Source of the DNA: Gemmatimonas sp.
GTDB lineage: Bacteria; Gemmatimonadota; Gemmatimonadetes; Gemmatimonadales; Gemmatimonadaceae
Assembly: GCA_965279375.1 (NCBI GenBank)
Contig: OZ257156.1
Coordinates: forward strand, 4,576,001 to 4,640,000
DNA length: 64,000 bases
Direction: 5' to 3'
In this document: positions 40,676 through 53,716 of the stretch, in pieces
Numbering within the stretch: the first letter of the stretch is position 1
Layout: each line of letters begins with the position of its first letter
Made by a program: the position numbers and the translations under genes
Notes under the pieces: generated by a model
What the model was told of the DNA's origin: nothing
The model's input: only the letters and a program-made list of their open reading frames with translations
Database searches by the model: none

Positions 40676-41842
40676 ATGACGCGCATTTTCGACGAAGATC
40701 TGACGGGTGGCATGTCCACTCGCGCCATTCACGCTGGCCAGCGGCCGGACCCGGTGTCCGGCGCCATCATGACCCCGCTGTACCTCACGTCCACCTACGT
40801 GCAGGAAAGCATCGGGGTGAACAAGGGGTACGAATACGCCCGCGGGAAGAATCCCACGCGACAGGCGCTCGAGCGAAACGTGGCCACGCTCGAAGGCGGA
40901 CGACACGGGTTTGCGTTCAGCAGCGGCATGGGCTGCCTCGACTCGATCATGAAGCTCTTCCGCGCCGGCGATCATATCGTCTGCGGCGAGAACGTCTACG
41001 GCGGTACGTACCGCCTGTTCGATCGGATCCTTCGTCATTTCGGCCTGTCGTTTACGTACGTGGACACTGACGATCCGCAACGCGTCGAGGAGGCGATGAC
41101 GCCCGCCACACGCGGTTTGCTTGTGGAGACGCCGACGAACCCGCTCATGCGGCTGACCGACCTGAGCGCCATGAGCGACATCGCCAAGCGGCACCAAGCT
41201 TTGCTGATCGTGGACAACACCTTCGCCTCACCGGTATTCCAGCGCCCCCTGGAATGGGGAGCGGACATCGTGTGGCACTCGAGCACGAAATACCTCAACG
41301 GCCACTCAGATATGATCGGCGGCGTTGCGGTCGTTCTTGAGGACGATCTCGCCGACCGGCTCCAGTTCATCCTGAATGCCGCGGGCGCGGTCCCCGGTCC
41401 GTTTGACGCCTGGCTTGCCCTTCGGGGCACGAAGACGCTTCCCCTGCGCATGCGGCAGCACGATGCCAATGGCCGCGCGATCGCTGCGTTTCTGCTCGAG
41501 CGTCTGGGCGAGGAGCGGGTCTACTACCCGGGGCTCTCGCAGCATCCGCACCATGAATTGGCCAAAAGGCAGATGTCGGGCTTCGGCGGCATGATGACGC
41601 TCGATCTGGGCAGCCTCGATGCAGCGCGTCAGTTCCTCGAAAAGGTGCGTGTCTTCTCGCTGGCTGAATCCCTGGGCGGCGTGGAAAGCCTCACAAACCA
41701 TCCGTTCAGCATGACGCACGGCTCCGTGCCTGCCGACGTGAAGCTGGCGATGGGACTGACGGAGGGGATGGTGCGCCTCTCCTGCGGTGTCGAGGATGTC
41801 GAGGACCTGTTGTCCGATCTCGACCAGGCCCTGCCCGCCTAG
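40676..41842 (+). CDS. metB: Cystathionine gamma-synthase/gamma-lyase
   Basis: YEYARGKNPTR, SSGM, DNTFASP, HSSTKYLNGHSD, LAESLGGVESL. Confidence 0.85.
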   Translation: MTRIFDEDLTGGMSTRAIHAGQRPDPVSGAIMTPLYLTSTYVQESIGVNKGYEYARGKNPTRQALERNVATLEGGRHGFAFSSGMGCLDSIMKLFRAGDHIVCGENVYGGTYRLFDRILRHFGLSFTYVDTDDPQRVEEAMTPATRGLLVETPTNPLMRLTDLSAMSDIAKRHQALLIVDNTFASPVFQRPLEWGADIVWHSSTKYLNGHSDMIGGVAVVLEDDLADRLQFILNAAGAVPGPFDAWLALRGTKTLPLRMRQHDANGRAIAAFLLERLGEERVYYPGLSQHPHHELAKRQMSGFGGMMTLDLGSLDAARQFLEKVRVFSLAESLGGVESLTNHPFSMTHGSVPADVKLAMGLTEGMVRLSCGVEDVEDLLSDLDQALPA

Positions 41843-41934
41843 CCGCCGGCACCAGAAATCCAGCGGAACCTTCGGGGCGACGGCATCGTAGGGCAACCAG
41901 CCGCCGGTTCGCCCCCGCCTACACGAGTCCGCCC

Positions 41935-42936
41935 ATGACCACTCGCGTCGCCCTTTCCCAGATCTCCTCCGTCAGCTGGGAGCACCCGGCCGACCGCGCC
42001 GCCCTCCAGTCGCTGCGCGCCCTTCCCGGATTCGACGAAGTCGTGCGCCGCATCGCCGGCGCATTCGGCGAGTTCGGCGTGCGGAACCTCTACCTCGGCG
42101 ACGCGGTGCTCGTGGGCGCGACGCAACGCCCCAAGCTGTTCGCGCTGTATCAGGAGGTGCTGCAGACGCTCGACTGGCCTGACGCCGGTCAGGAGCCGCC
42201 GCAGCTCTACGTGACGCAGACCCCGATCGCCAACGCGGGCGCCGTGGGCTTCGAGCGGCCGTTCATCGTACTCAGCTCGGGGATGCTCGAGTTGCTGACG
42301 GAAGAGGGGCAGCGCATGGTGATCGCCCATGAGCTGGGCCACATCATGACGGGACACACCACCTATCGGACGATCGCGCAGATCGTGCTGTTCTTCGGGA
42401 TGAGTGCCCTTCCAGTGCTGGCGAGCATCGCTCTGCTTCCCTTCCAGCTGGCCCTCCTCGAGTGGTATCGCAAGGCGGAGCTGTCGGCGGATCGCGCAGG
42501 ATTGCTGGGCTCGCAGGACCCGCGCGAGAGCATGATGACCTTCCTCATGCTAGCCGGCGGACGCCCCGTCGATGATTCGCTGGACCTCGATGCGTACCTC
42601 GCTCAGGCGCAGGAATACGAGACGGGCGGCAACACGTGGGAGAACGTGCTCAAGATGCTCAACACCGCGCTGCGCGAGCATCCGTTTCACACGGTGCGCG
42701 TGGGTGAACTGCAGCGCTGGGCGCAGTCCGGCGAGTATCAGGCCATCCTCGATGGCACGTACATCCGCCGTGGCTCGGAAGCCGAGCGACCGTTGCGCGA
42801 CGATCTGCGCGACGCGACCGACTACTACGCCGATCAGGCCAAGGCCGCCGCGCAGTCCGTGGGTGACGCGCTGGGGCGCGCCGCCGACGCCTTCCGGGAT
42901 GCCTTCCGTACCGCCTCGAGTGGCGTGGGCGAGTAA
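41935..42936 (+). CDS. M48 family metallopeptidase
   Basis: WEHPADRAAL, HELGH, AELSADRAG, HPFHTVR. Confidence 0.88.
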   Translation: MTTRVALSQISSVSWEHPADRAALQSLRALPGFDEVVRRIAGAFGEFGVRNLYLGDAVLVGATQRPKLFALYQEVLQTLDWPDAGQEPPQLYVTQTPIANAGAVGFERPFIVLSSGMLELLTEEGQRMVIAHELGHIMTGHTTYRTIAQIVLFFGMSALPVLASIALLPFQLALLEWYRKAELSADRAGLLGSQDPRESMMTFLMLAGGRPVDDSLDLDAYLAQAQEYETGGNTWENVLKMLNTALREHPFHTVRVGELQRWAQSGEYQAILDGTYIRRGSEAERPLRDDLRDATDYYADQAKAAAQSVGDALGRAADAFRDAFRTASSGVGE

Positions 42937-43005
42937 GTCGATTCTCCGGCGAGTGGCGGTCGCCGCCGTGTAACCACGGCGGCGCGCGTATTACCTTCCG
43001 CGCCT

Positions 43006-44367
43006 ATGAAGATCCTTCTCGTAGGCAGCGGAGGGCGGGAACACGCCCTCGCCGACGCGCTCTCCCGCGAAAACACCACCGTCGAGCTGCTGGCGGCGCC
43101 GGGCAATCCGGGCATCGCCGACCTCGCGCGCATCCTGCCGATCAAGCCCACCGAGCTCGAGGCCATCGCCGAAACCGCGATCGCCGAACAGGTGAATCTC
43201 GTGGTGGTCGGGCCGGAAGCTCCGCTCGCCGACGGCTTGGTCGACCTGCTACAGCACCGCGGTGTGCCCGTGTTCGGGCCGACGATGGGCGCGGCCAAGG
43301 TCGAGACGTCCAAGGCCGACACGAAGGCGCTCATGCTTGCCGCCGGCATCCCCACGGCGCATGCGGAGACGCATCGCCACCCGTCCACCGCCAAGGAAGC
43401 GGTGCGCACGCGCTTTGGCGCACCCGTGGTCATCAAGGCCAGTGGATTGGCCGCGGGCAAAGGCGTAATCGTGTGCATGACGATCGCCGAAGCCGATCTG
43501 GCGATCGATCGCATTCTCGACGAGCGTGCGTTTGGTGAAGCGGGCGCCGAGTGTCTGGTGGAATCGTTCATGACCGGCGAGGAGCTGTCGCTCTTTGCGA
43601 TCACCGACGGGCACAGCGTACTGCCGATGATCGGCGCGCAGGATCACAAGCGGTTGCTCGACGGCGACGAAGGTCCGAACACGGGCGGTATGGGCGCGTA
43701 CGCGCCGGTGTCGCTGTGCACGCCCTCGCTCGTGGACGATGTGACTGAGCGGGTGTTCCTCCCCACGCTGCACGCGCTCCGTAAGCGCGGTACGCCGTTC
43801 ACTGGCCTGCTGTACGCGGGGCTGATGCTCACGCCGGAAGGCCCCAAGGTAGTGGAGTTCAACTGCCGCTTTGGCGACCCGGAAACGCAGGCCATTCTGC
43901 CGCTGCTCGACAGCAGTCTGCTCGAGCCGATGCTCGCGGTCGCGCGCGGCGCGCGCATCAACAACATGTCGCCTTTGCGCTGGCGTAACGCGGCGGCGGT
44001 GACCACCGTCGTTGCAGCGCCTGGTTACCCGGACACGCCGGAATCCGGTGCGCGCATCGATCTGCCGTCGTTCAGCGACGACATCCGCGTGTATCACGCT
44101 GGCACCAAGCGCGCCTCGGATGGGGCGCTGCTCACCGCCGGTGGGCGCGTACTCGGCGTGACGGCCGTCGCCCCCGATTTCGACTCAGCACGAACCAAGA
44201 GCCGCGAGGCCGCGCAGCGCGTTCAGTTTGACGGCGCGCAGGCACGCCTCGACATCGGTTGGCGAGAAGCGGCGCGTCTCGCGGCCGCGCGTGAGATCGC
44301 TCGTGACGCGGCGCATGAAATCGCGCAGCAGCTCGCCTCGGCGAGTGACGATGCCCGAACTGCCTGA
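43006..44367 (+). CDS. purD: Phosphoribosylamine--glycine ligase
   Basis: GSGGREHA, GPEAPL, GLAAGKGV, QDHKR, GPNTGGMG, EFNCRFGDPE. Confidence 0.98.
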   Translation: MKILLVGSGGREHALADALSRENTTVELLAAPGNPGIADLARILPIKPTELEAIAETAIAEQVNLVVVGPEAPLADGLVDLLQHRGVPVFGPTMGAAKVETSKADTKALMLAAGIPTAHAETHRHPSTAKEAVRTRFGAPVVIKASGLAAGKGVIVCMTIAEADLAIDRILDERAFGEAGAECLVESFMTGEELSLFAITDGHSVLPMIGAQDHKRLLDGDEGPNTGGMGAYAPVSLCTPSLVDDVTERVFLPTLHALRKRGTPFTGLLYAGLMLTPEGPKVVEFNCRFGDPETQAILPLLDSSLLEPMLAVARGARINNMSPLRWRNAAAVTTVVAAPGYPDTPESGARIDLPSFSDDIRVYHAGTKRASDGALLTAGGRVLGVTAVAPDFDSARTKSREAAQRVQFDGAQARLDIGWREAARLAAAREIARDAAHEIAQQLASASDDARTA

Positions 44368-45223
44368 GACGGAAACGATCGCCCGCGATCTCGACGCCAG
44401 TGTCCGCGGCGCGACGATAAAGGCGGTATCGATCGCAAAGGCCGATGTGCTACGCGAAGCGACGACCGAAGACTTCTCCGCTGCGCTGGTAGGAACACAG
44501 ATCGTTCGTGTCTGGCGGCGGGCGAAGCTCGTCGTCATCGACTGCGCGACTCCGACCGGCGACGGCGCGCGCGGCAACGAAGCGGACGCATGTGCCACGT
44601 GGCACATCGTTGTGCAGCCGCGCTTCACGGGCGGGTTGCTGATCGACACCGGTGCGACGCCCGCGGCCGAACTCGCCTACGTGGCGGTGACGCTCTCGCT
44701 CGACGATGGCCGCCGGCTGCACTACCGCGACGTGCGACGTTTGGGCACGGTCGCACTGATGTCTCCCTTGAGATTCGCCGAGTACAGCGGCGCACTCGGC
44801 TACGAGCCTCTTGACCCGACGCTGAGCACCGCCGTATTTTCGGGTCTTGTTCGGGCATCGAGGCGGCCGATCAAAGTGGTGCTGATGGACCAGCGCCGAT
44901 TGGCCGGGGTGGGCAACATCTACGCGAACGAGGCACTGTGGCGAGCGGGCATCGATCCATCGCGCGAGGGCAGTACGCTGTCGCAGGCCGAATCCGGAGC
45001 GTTGTTGACGGCGCTCCGCGACGTGCTGCAGGCATCGATCGTGGCGCGAGGCACGAGCTTTCGTGATTATCGCGACGCACGAGGGGAGCGCGGCGGATTT
45101 GTCGCCCAGCTTGCCGCCTATGGCCGCGGCGGTGCGCCCTGCCTGGCGTGCGGCCGACGACTCGTCGCCACGCACGCCATCGACGGTCGTGGCACCGTCT
45201 TCTGCCCGAGCTGCCAGCGCTAG
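44351..45223 (+). CDS. mutM: Formamidopyrimidine-DNA glycosylase
   Basis: MPELPE, RRAK, GVGNIYANE, C-terminal CLAC...GRGTVFCPSCQ zinc finger. Confidence 0.95.
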   Translation: MPELPETETIARDLDASVRGATIKAVSIAKADVLREATTEDFSAALVGTQIVRVWRRAKLVVIDCATPTGDGARGNEADACATWHIVVQPRFTGGLLIDTGATPAAELAYVAVTLSLDDGRRLHYRDVRRLGTVALMSPLRFAEYSGALGYEPLDPTLSTAVFSGLVRASRRPIKVVLMDQRRLAGVGNIYANEALWRAGIDPSREGSTLSQAESGALLTALRDVLQASIVARGTSFRDYRDARGERGGFVAQLAAYGRGGAPCLACGRRLVATHAIDGRGTVFCPSCQR

Positions 45224-46508
45224 GGCCAAAGCGAAGTCGCGCGCGAGTGCACGCGCGCTGGCGGGAGCAACGCAACTCGATCTCGCCGTTGGATCGGCCG
45301 ACGCCGATGTCGCATTACTGCGGGCGCATGTGCGAGCGGGCGCGCGCAACACCTCCGGCGTGTATCTCATGCGCGGCGCGCACGGCGAAGTGCTCTACGT
45401 CGGCAAGAGCACGCAGATCCGTACCCGCCTGCTCTCGTACTTCCGGTTGCCGTGGCCCGAGCATCGGCACGCGCGCATGCTGCGCGAAACGGCGTCGATC
45501 GAGTGGGAAGAGACGCCCAGCGAATTCGCGGCGCTCCTGCGCGAAGTGCGACTGATTCGCGCGCACCTGCCGCGATACAACATCCGGTCGGCCCGCCCGC
45601 TCGATAAGTGGTGGGTCATCACGATCGGCGAGGGCCCTGCTCCACGGCTGCGTGTTCAGCGAGCGAGCGCCGCGATGCGCACCGCTGGGCGTGGCGCCGT
45701 GGTGGGTCCGTTCGCCAATCGCCGACCGCTGGTGGATGCACTGCGCGTGCTCAACGACGCGCTGGGGCTGCGTGACTGCACGGAGCGCGTGCCAATGGTG
45801 CTGAGGGATACCGGCGATCTGTTCGATGTGGCTGCGTTTCCCAGTCTCGCGCGCACACCGGGGTGTCATCGCTACGAAACCAAGCGGTGCATGGGGCCCT
45901 GCGTCGGCGCCTGCGGCGAGTACGAGTACCGCGCGCAGCTGACGCGCGCGCGGGCCGTGCTCGAAGGACGCGACGACTCCCCACAGCAGCAGTTGGTGCG
46001 CGAGATGAGTGTAGCCAGCGCGGCGCTTTCGTACGAACGCGCTGGCTGGCTGCGCGACCGGCTCACAGCGCTGCAGGAATTGGAAGCGCAGCTCGCACGG
46101 GTGCGCGAGGCGATCACGCGTCCGAGCTTTGTGTACGCCGTGCCCGGACGCACCGGCGACGACCGGCTCTATCTCATCCGCCAGGGGCGTGTGGTCGCCG
46201 AAGCGCGCTGCGACGACATCGCGTCGGTCGACGCCCTGCAGGAGCGCGCACGCGGGCGCGATGGCGAATCGCACGCCGCACCCGCCGACCAACTCGATGA
46301 GCTACTGATGATCGAGCAGTGGTTCCGCACGCGCCCCGGCGAGCTGGCACTCACCGGTCCGACCGTGGTCGCGGCACTGGAGCAGCTTGCAGCCGACGCG
46401 GTGCGCTCGGCCGCCTCGCTCACGCCAGCGATGCCCACATCCACTGCGCACACGTCAACCACCCTGCCGTCGGCCACGTCCGACGGCCCGCTAAGTCAGC
46501 CGATGTAA
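45189..46508 (+). CDS. UvrC/Cho-like GIY-YIG excinuclease with UVR domain (start uncertain)
   Basis: SGVYLM...LYVGKS...IRTRLLSYF, E...PRYN, Cys cluster CHRY...CMGPCVGAC, UVR MSVASAALSYERAGWLRD. Confidence 0.85.
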   Translation: MAPSSARAASARAKAKSRASARALAGATQLDLAVGSADADVALLRAHVRAGARNTSGVYLMRGAHGEVLYVGKSTQIRTRLLSYFRLPWPEHRHARMLRETASIEWEETPSEFAALLREVRLIRAHLPRYNIRSARPLDKWWVITIGEGPAPRLRVQRASAAMRTAGRGAVVGPFANRRPLVDALRVLNDALGLRDCTERVPMVLRDTGDLFDVAAFPSLARTPGCHRYETKRCMGPCVGACGEYEYRAQLTRARAVLEGRDDSPQQQLVREMSVASAALSYERAGWLRDRLTALQELEAQLARVREAITRPSFVYAVPGRTGDDRLYLIRQGRVVAEARCDDIASVDALQERARGRDGESHAAPADQLDELLMIEQWFRTRPGELALTGPTVVAALEQLAADAVRSAASLTPAMPTSTAHTSTTLPSATSDGPLSQPM

Positions 46509-46717
46509 CAGTGCGTGAGCCACGCGTCGCGATTTGTACGCGTAGCTCTGTGATGCGCCGCTCCGCTGCCTCCGTCCGCGCGACACCTCGCGCCGTCCTC
46601 CCTCGGCCTGCGGGTCGGGTACTGTCCCCGCCTGCGCGCGGGCGCATATTTCCCATCGCTCCGACAGACGACCGTCATCAACCGCGCGCGCCCCTCTCGC
46701 TTCCGCATCCGACCGGC

Positions 46718-47269
46718 ATGTCATCGAAAGACTCGCCACCGGAAGACACCCCGACGCCGGGACGCTCAGGGTCGCTCGAGGCGCTGTTGGATGAGGTGTA
46801 CCCGCAGCTCCGCGCACTCGCTGGATATCTCATGCGCGGTGAGCGCGGCGAGCACACGCTGCAGCCCACTGCGCTCGTACACGAGGCGCTGCTCCGTCTG
46901 CTCGATCAGGACGGCGTCGAATACGAAAACCCGAGACATCTCATCGCGCAGGCGGCCGCAGCGATGCGCCGCACGCTCGTCGATCATGCGCGCCGACGGC
47001 GCGCGACCAAACGCAACGGCGGTGTACGTGTGCCGATGCCCGACGACGTCGCCGCTCCCGACTCCCGCGACCTCGACCTGTTGGCGGTTGACGAAGCGCT
47101 GCAGCGACTCGCGGCACTCGACGCGCGACAGGCACGCATCGTGGAGCTGCGATACTTCGCTGGCTTGGATATCGCCGAAACGGCGGCGGCACTGGACATC
47201 TCTCCTGCGACGGTAAAGCGCGACTGGGTCATGGCGAAGGCCTGGCTGCAGCGCGAGATCGGGCCCTGA
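46718..47269 (+). CDS. ECF sigma factor of the STK-associated type
   Basis: HTLQPTALVHEA, AMRRTLVDHAR, VELRYFAGL, TVKRDW; 1 bp before the kinase gene. Confidence 0.92.
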   Translation: MSSKDSPPEDTPTPGRSGSLEALLDEVYPQLRALAGYLMRGERGEHTLQPTALVHEALLRLLDQDGVEYENPRHLIAQAAAAMRRTLVDHARRRRATKRNGGVRVPMPDDVAAPDSRDLDLLAVDEALQRLAALDARQARIVELRYFAGLDIAETAAALDISPATVKRDWVMAKAWLQREIGP

Positions 47270-47270
47270 C

Positions 47271-49799
<2,529 letters not shown>

Positions 49800-49817
<18 letters not shown>

Positions 49818-50735
49818 CTGCTGCGCCGCACGCAAGACGGCAGCCGATGCATTCAATGCCGCGCGCTCTGCGGCAGACATCTCGGGCAGCACCACCAGCG
49901 ACGCACCGTCCGCACCGACCACTGCGGGCAGCGACAATGCCACATCACGAAATCCGTCGATTTCCGTCTGCACGCGTGACACCGTGAGCACCGTGCGTTC
50001 GTCGCGCAGGATGCACCGCAGCAATTGCGCAGTCACCAGACCGATCGCGTGGTTGCTCGTCCCCTTGCGCTTCACGATCTCGTAGCCGGCATTGCGCACG
50101 GCGTCTGCAAGGCGCTGTTCGTCCGCGGGCGCCCATCGCGGCCAATCACTGAGTGGCGTGCCGCCAACGTGCGCGGACGACCAGAGCACCACCTCCGAAT
50201 CGCCGTGCTCTCCCACCACCTGCGCGTGCACGGAGCGCGGATCGAGGTCGAGCTGCTCGCCGACCATCTGACGAAGCCGCGCAGTATCGAGCATCGTCCC
50301 GGTGCCGATCACGCGTTGCGGAGCGATGCCGGCCGCCTCGACCAATGCGTAGGTCAGGACATCGACTGGGTTGGAGACCATGACCACAATGCCTGCGTAA
50401 CCGCGAAGCTGCGCTCCGATGCCCCGCACGATGGCCACGTTCTTGGCGAGCTGTTCGAGGCGACTCTTGCCGCCCGGCAACGAACCGTTTCCCACCGCGA
50501 CAACGATGGCACTCGTGTCTCGCATGTCTGCGATGGATCCAACGCGCACCGACGCCGGCGGATAAAAGGTCCCGCCCTGTGCAAGATCCATCGCCTCGCC
50601 TTCAGCGACTTCCGTTCGCAAATCGCTCAGGAGCAACTCCTCGGCGACACCGGCGTGCAGCAGCGAGATCGCAACGCTGGAGCCTACCCAGCCCATGCCG
50701 ATGATGCCCACGCGCTTCTGCGTACTGCCCTGCAT
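49800..50735 (-). CDS. ldh: LDH/MDH-family 2-hydroxyacid dehydrogenase
   Basis: GMGWVG, SNPVD, GTMLDTARL, GEHGDS, KGTSNHAIG; specificity loop atypical. Confidence 0.8.
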
Positions 50736-50776
50736 GCCCCGCTCCGTGAGGAAAGACTGCGTCGTAGTGCCCTCCG

Positions 50777-53608
50777 CTACTTGATCGCGCCCGCGGCGCC
50801 CGCGCGACGGGGATCCGCACCAGCGGTTACCGTCTTGCCCTGCATCGTGATCGCCGCCCCGTACCCTTCACGCACCTCGCCGCGCATCGACACGAAGCTG
50901 AGTTCGTAGCCAAGTGCACGCAGCCGTTTGACGACGTCAGGCGAAAAGCCGTCTTCGAGCTGAATCGTGTACGGCGGCGAGGCGGCCACAGTCCCGCGTC
51001 CCGCCACGGGACCACCGCCGCCACCCGGCAAGAAGCGTGGCAGCTCCAGCGCACGCTGTGCATCGAGTCCATAGTCGAGCGCACCCAGCGTGGCCTGATA
51101 CACCGCCGACGTGATCCACGCGTTGCCCGCCGCGCCCACGGCCAACACTGGCGCACTCCCCTTGAAGACGATCGTCGGTGCAAGAGTGCTGCCATGTCGC
51201 GCGAACGGGAGCCGCGAGCCGTACTGCGTCGGGTCGGTACCGTACGACGTCAGTTTGTCGTTGCTGAGAAAACCGAGCCCGGGCGTCACGTAGAAATTAC
51301 CGCCCCATGTGCCGAGGGTCTGCGTGACGGCGACGGCGTTCCCATCGTTGTCTGCGACGGTGAACGCGGTCGTGCCGGCAGCATGGCAGACGTCCATCTC
51401 GAGCGCATGGTTCTCACCGCACGGAGACTCTTCACGCGCGCTTCCGTTGTCGGCAGGCTTCGCGAGCGCCTTGAGGCACGCCAGCGTATCTCCGCGCACA
51501 TCGGCGGGCCGCAGTGCCTTGTCGGCGTTGTAGCATCCCCAGCGCACCTTGGCCGTGTCCTTGTTGACGATCGGCGCGTAGTCCACGGGCCACATGGCCG
51601 GATCGGCGATGCGATTGCGCGACGACGGCACGAGGAACCACGCCGTGAGCGCGGCATGCAACGTGGCTGCGTCGTCCGTGTACTGCTTGGGATTGGGGAA
51701 CTGCTCGAGCAGGTTGAGTCTCGCGACCAGCTCGGCGCCACCGCTCACCGGCGGCGCACTCGAGTAGATGGTGTAGCCGCGATACGTACCGCTCACGACA
51801 TCGCGCTCAGGTGCGAAGTAGCGCGCCAGATCGCTCAGCTTCATGGCGTTGCCCTTGGCGTGCAGGTCGTCCACCCACTTCTTCGCCACTTCGCCCTTGT
51901 AGAAGCCGTCGGCGCCGTTGGCGGCGATGCGATCGAGCACCCACGCGAGGTCCGGATTCTTGAGCGTGTCGCCAGCGAGCAGCGGCTTCCCGTCGCGGAA
52001 GAACAGCGCGCGCGATCCCTCGTACTTGGCGAAATGCTCGCGCTCCGTGGCGAGCGTCGTGGCCAATCCTTCGCTCACGACGTATCCACCGCGCGCCGCA
52101 CGAATGGCCGGCGCAAGCAAGTCCTTCCACGCGACCTTACCGCTGCCGTACTTCTGCCACGCCGTGTGCATGCCCGCGACCGTGCCGGGCACGTTCACCA
52201 GCACCGGTCCGTCCGACGGATATCTACCGTTCTGCAACAGTGATGTATTGGAGAGCCCTCCATCCTCTGGCACGCGGCTCATGAACTCGATGACCGTCGG
52301 GCGCTTCATGCTCTTGAGGGTGATGACCATCTCGCCGTAGCCCGCAATTCCGCTCGCATCTGGCTCCACCACGCCGAGTGCGAAGCTGACGGCCACCGCC
52401 GCATCGACCACGTTGCCACCGGCACGCATGATCTCGAGGCCGGCTTCGGTGGACACGGGATGCGCGCTCGAGACCCCGGCGCGACCGACGGCGGAATTGC
52501 GCAGCGTGGGCCGATCGTGCAGCATCGCACCGATGGCGCGCTGCAGTTCGTCGTCGTTTCGCGCAGCCAGCGCGGCCGGACGATGCTTCGCCTTGACGGC
52601 CTCCCACTGCGTCCTGCGTGCCGTCGCATCAGGCTGCGAGAAGTACAGCGCCGTGGATCGATCCCACACCCGATCGAATGCGTCGGCGTTGCGCGACGCG
52701 CGATCAACCGGCGTGGCGACTGTTGGCGCAGCGGAGACGACATCGGGCGCGATCGGCGCAGCCACCATCACCAGCGCGTCCGTACCATCGAATCGCTCGG
52801 TGTTGGTGCGATCCCCCAGTCGATCCGGATCGCCGTTGTACCCCACCGACACTTCCTCGTACTCAGCGATGGCCAACGTGTTGGCCGTCGGTGACCAGGC
52901 AATGTCACCGCGATGCGAAGACGCGAAGCTGCTCCACCGTCCGTCGGTCGGCACCACCCACACGCCCGTGCGGGTAGAGAGCGCGAGACGGTTGTCCGCC
53001 GACCAGGCGAGACGCTCGGCGTTCTTGTCGCTGTTGGCCGTCTGCTCATCGCCACTGGCCACGGTGCGCACGATCACGCGACGCCCCGATTCGCTCGATA
53101 CGATGTACGCCAATCGCGCACCGTCGGCGGAGAATCGCGGCGACGACTCCGTCTGCTCACGCGTGTTCAGCCGCGACTCGGTGCCATCGACAGCGCGGAG
53201 CCAAATGCGCGTCGCGTTGCCGCTCCCGCGCACGAATGCGATGCGTCCATCGCGCGCCACGCTCGGCGATGTCTCGGTGAAGCGCGTTTCCGCCACCCGC
53301 TCGGGCGTGCCCGCAGTGCCATCAGCGGCCACCGTCACCTGCCACAGATCGAATCCGCCACTACGATCAGAGGCAAAGACGATGCGACTGCCGTCTGCGC
53401 TCCATGCCGGATCGCGATCCCACGCCTTGCCCGTGGTGATGCGGCGCAGCGAACCGCTGTCGCTCGTGCGCACGTACAGGTCGCCCTCGATCGCCAGCGC
53501 CAGTGCGCCCTTGGCAGAGTAGGCCGGTGCGCGCACGCCGCGCAGTGGCGGCGTCTCACCGCTCACAGCCGACTGCAGCAACAGCGCAACGAGAACGGGA
53601 ACGCTCAT
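50777..53608 (-). CDS. Gamma-glutamyltransferase family protein with N-terminal PD40/TolB-like propeller
   Basis: Signal peptide; PAWSADG...VFASDRSG repeats; GGNVVDAAVA, VPGTVAG, PPVSGG, nucleophile TTAFTVAD, GADPRR. Confidence 0.9.
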   Translation of the reverse strand: MSVPVLVALLLQSAVSGETPPLRGVRAPAYSAKGALALAIEGDLYVRTSDSGSLRRITTGKAWDRDPAWSADGSRIVFASDRSGGFDLWQVTVAADGTAGTPERVAETRFTETSPSVARDGRIAFVRGSGNATRIWLRAVDGTESRLNTREQTESSPRFSADGARLAYIVSSESGRRVIVRTVASGDEQTANSDKNAERLAWSADNRLALSTRTGVWVVPTDGRWSSFASSHRGDIAWSPTANTLAIAEYEEVSVGYNGDPDRLGDRTNTERFDGTDALVMVAAPIAPDVVSAAPTVATPVDRASRNADAFDRVWDRSTALYFSQPDATARRTQWEAVKAKHRPAALAARNDDELQRAIGAMLHDRPTLRNSAVGRAGVSSAHPVSTEAGLEIMRAGGNVVDAAVAVSFALGVVEPDASGIAGYGEMVITLKSMKRPTVIEFMSRVPEDGGLSNTSLLQNGRYPSDGPVLVNVPGTVAGMHTAWQKYGSGKVAWKDLLAPAIRAARGGYVVSEGLATTLATEREHFAKYEGSRALFFRDGKPLLAGDTLKNPDLAWVLDRIAANGADGFYKGEVAKKWVDDLHAKGNAMKLSDLARYFAPERDVVSGTYRGYTIYSSAPPVSGGAELVARLNLLEQFPNPKQYTDDAATLHAALTAWFLVPSSRNRIADPAMWPVDYAPIVNKDTAKVRWGCYNADKALRPADVRGDTLACLKALAKPADNGSAREESPCGENHALEMDVCHAAGTTAFTVADNDGNAVAVTQTLGTWGGNFYVTPGLGFLSNDKLTSYGTDPTQYGSRLPFARHGSTLAPTIVFKGSAPVLAVGAAGNAWITSAVYQATLGALDYGLDAQRALELPRFLPGGGGGPVAGRGTVAASPPYTIQLEDGFSPDVVKRLRALGYELSFVSMRGEVREGYGAAITMQGKTVTAGADPRRAGAAGAIK

Positions 53609-53716
53609 GCTTGTCTCCGAGATGATTGACGATCGGCAAGCGCCAACGGCGACGCCCGTTGGCAACCCAGCGTTAGCTGAAGCTCCGCAAGTAGCTGCTC
53701 GATGGAGCGGTACGCG

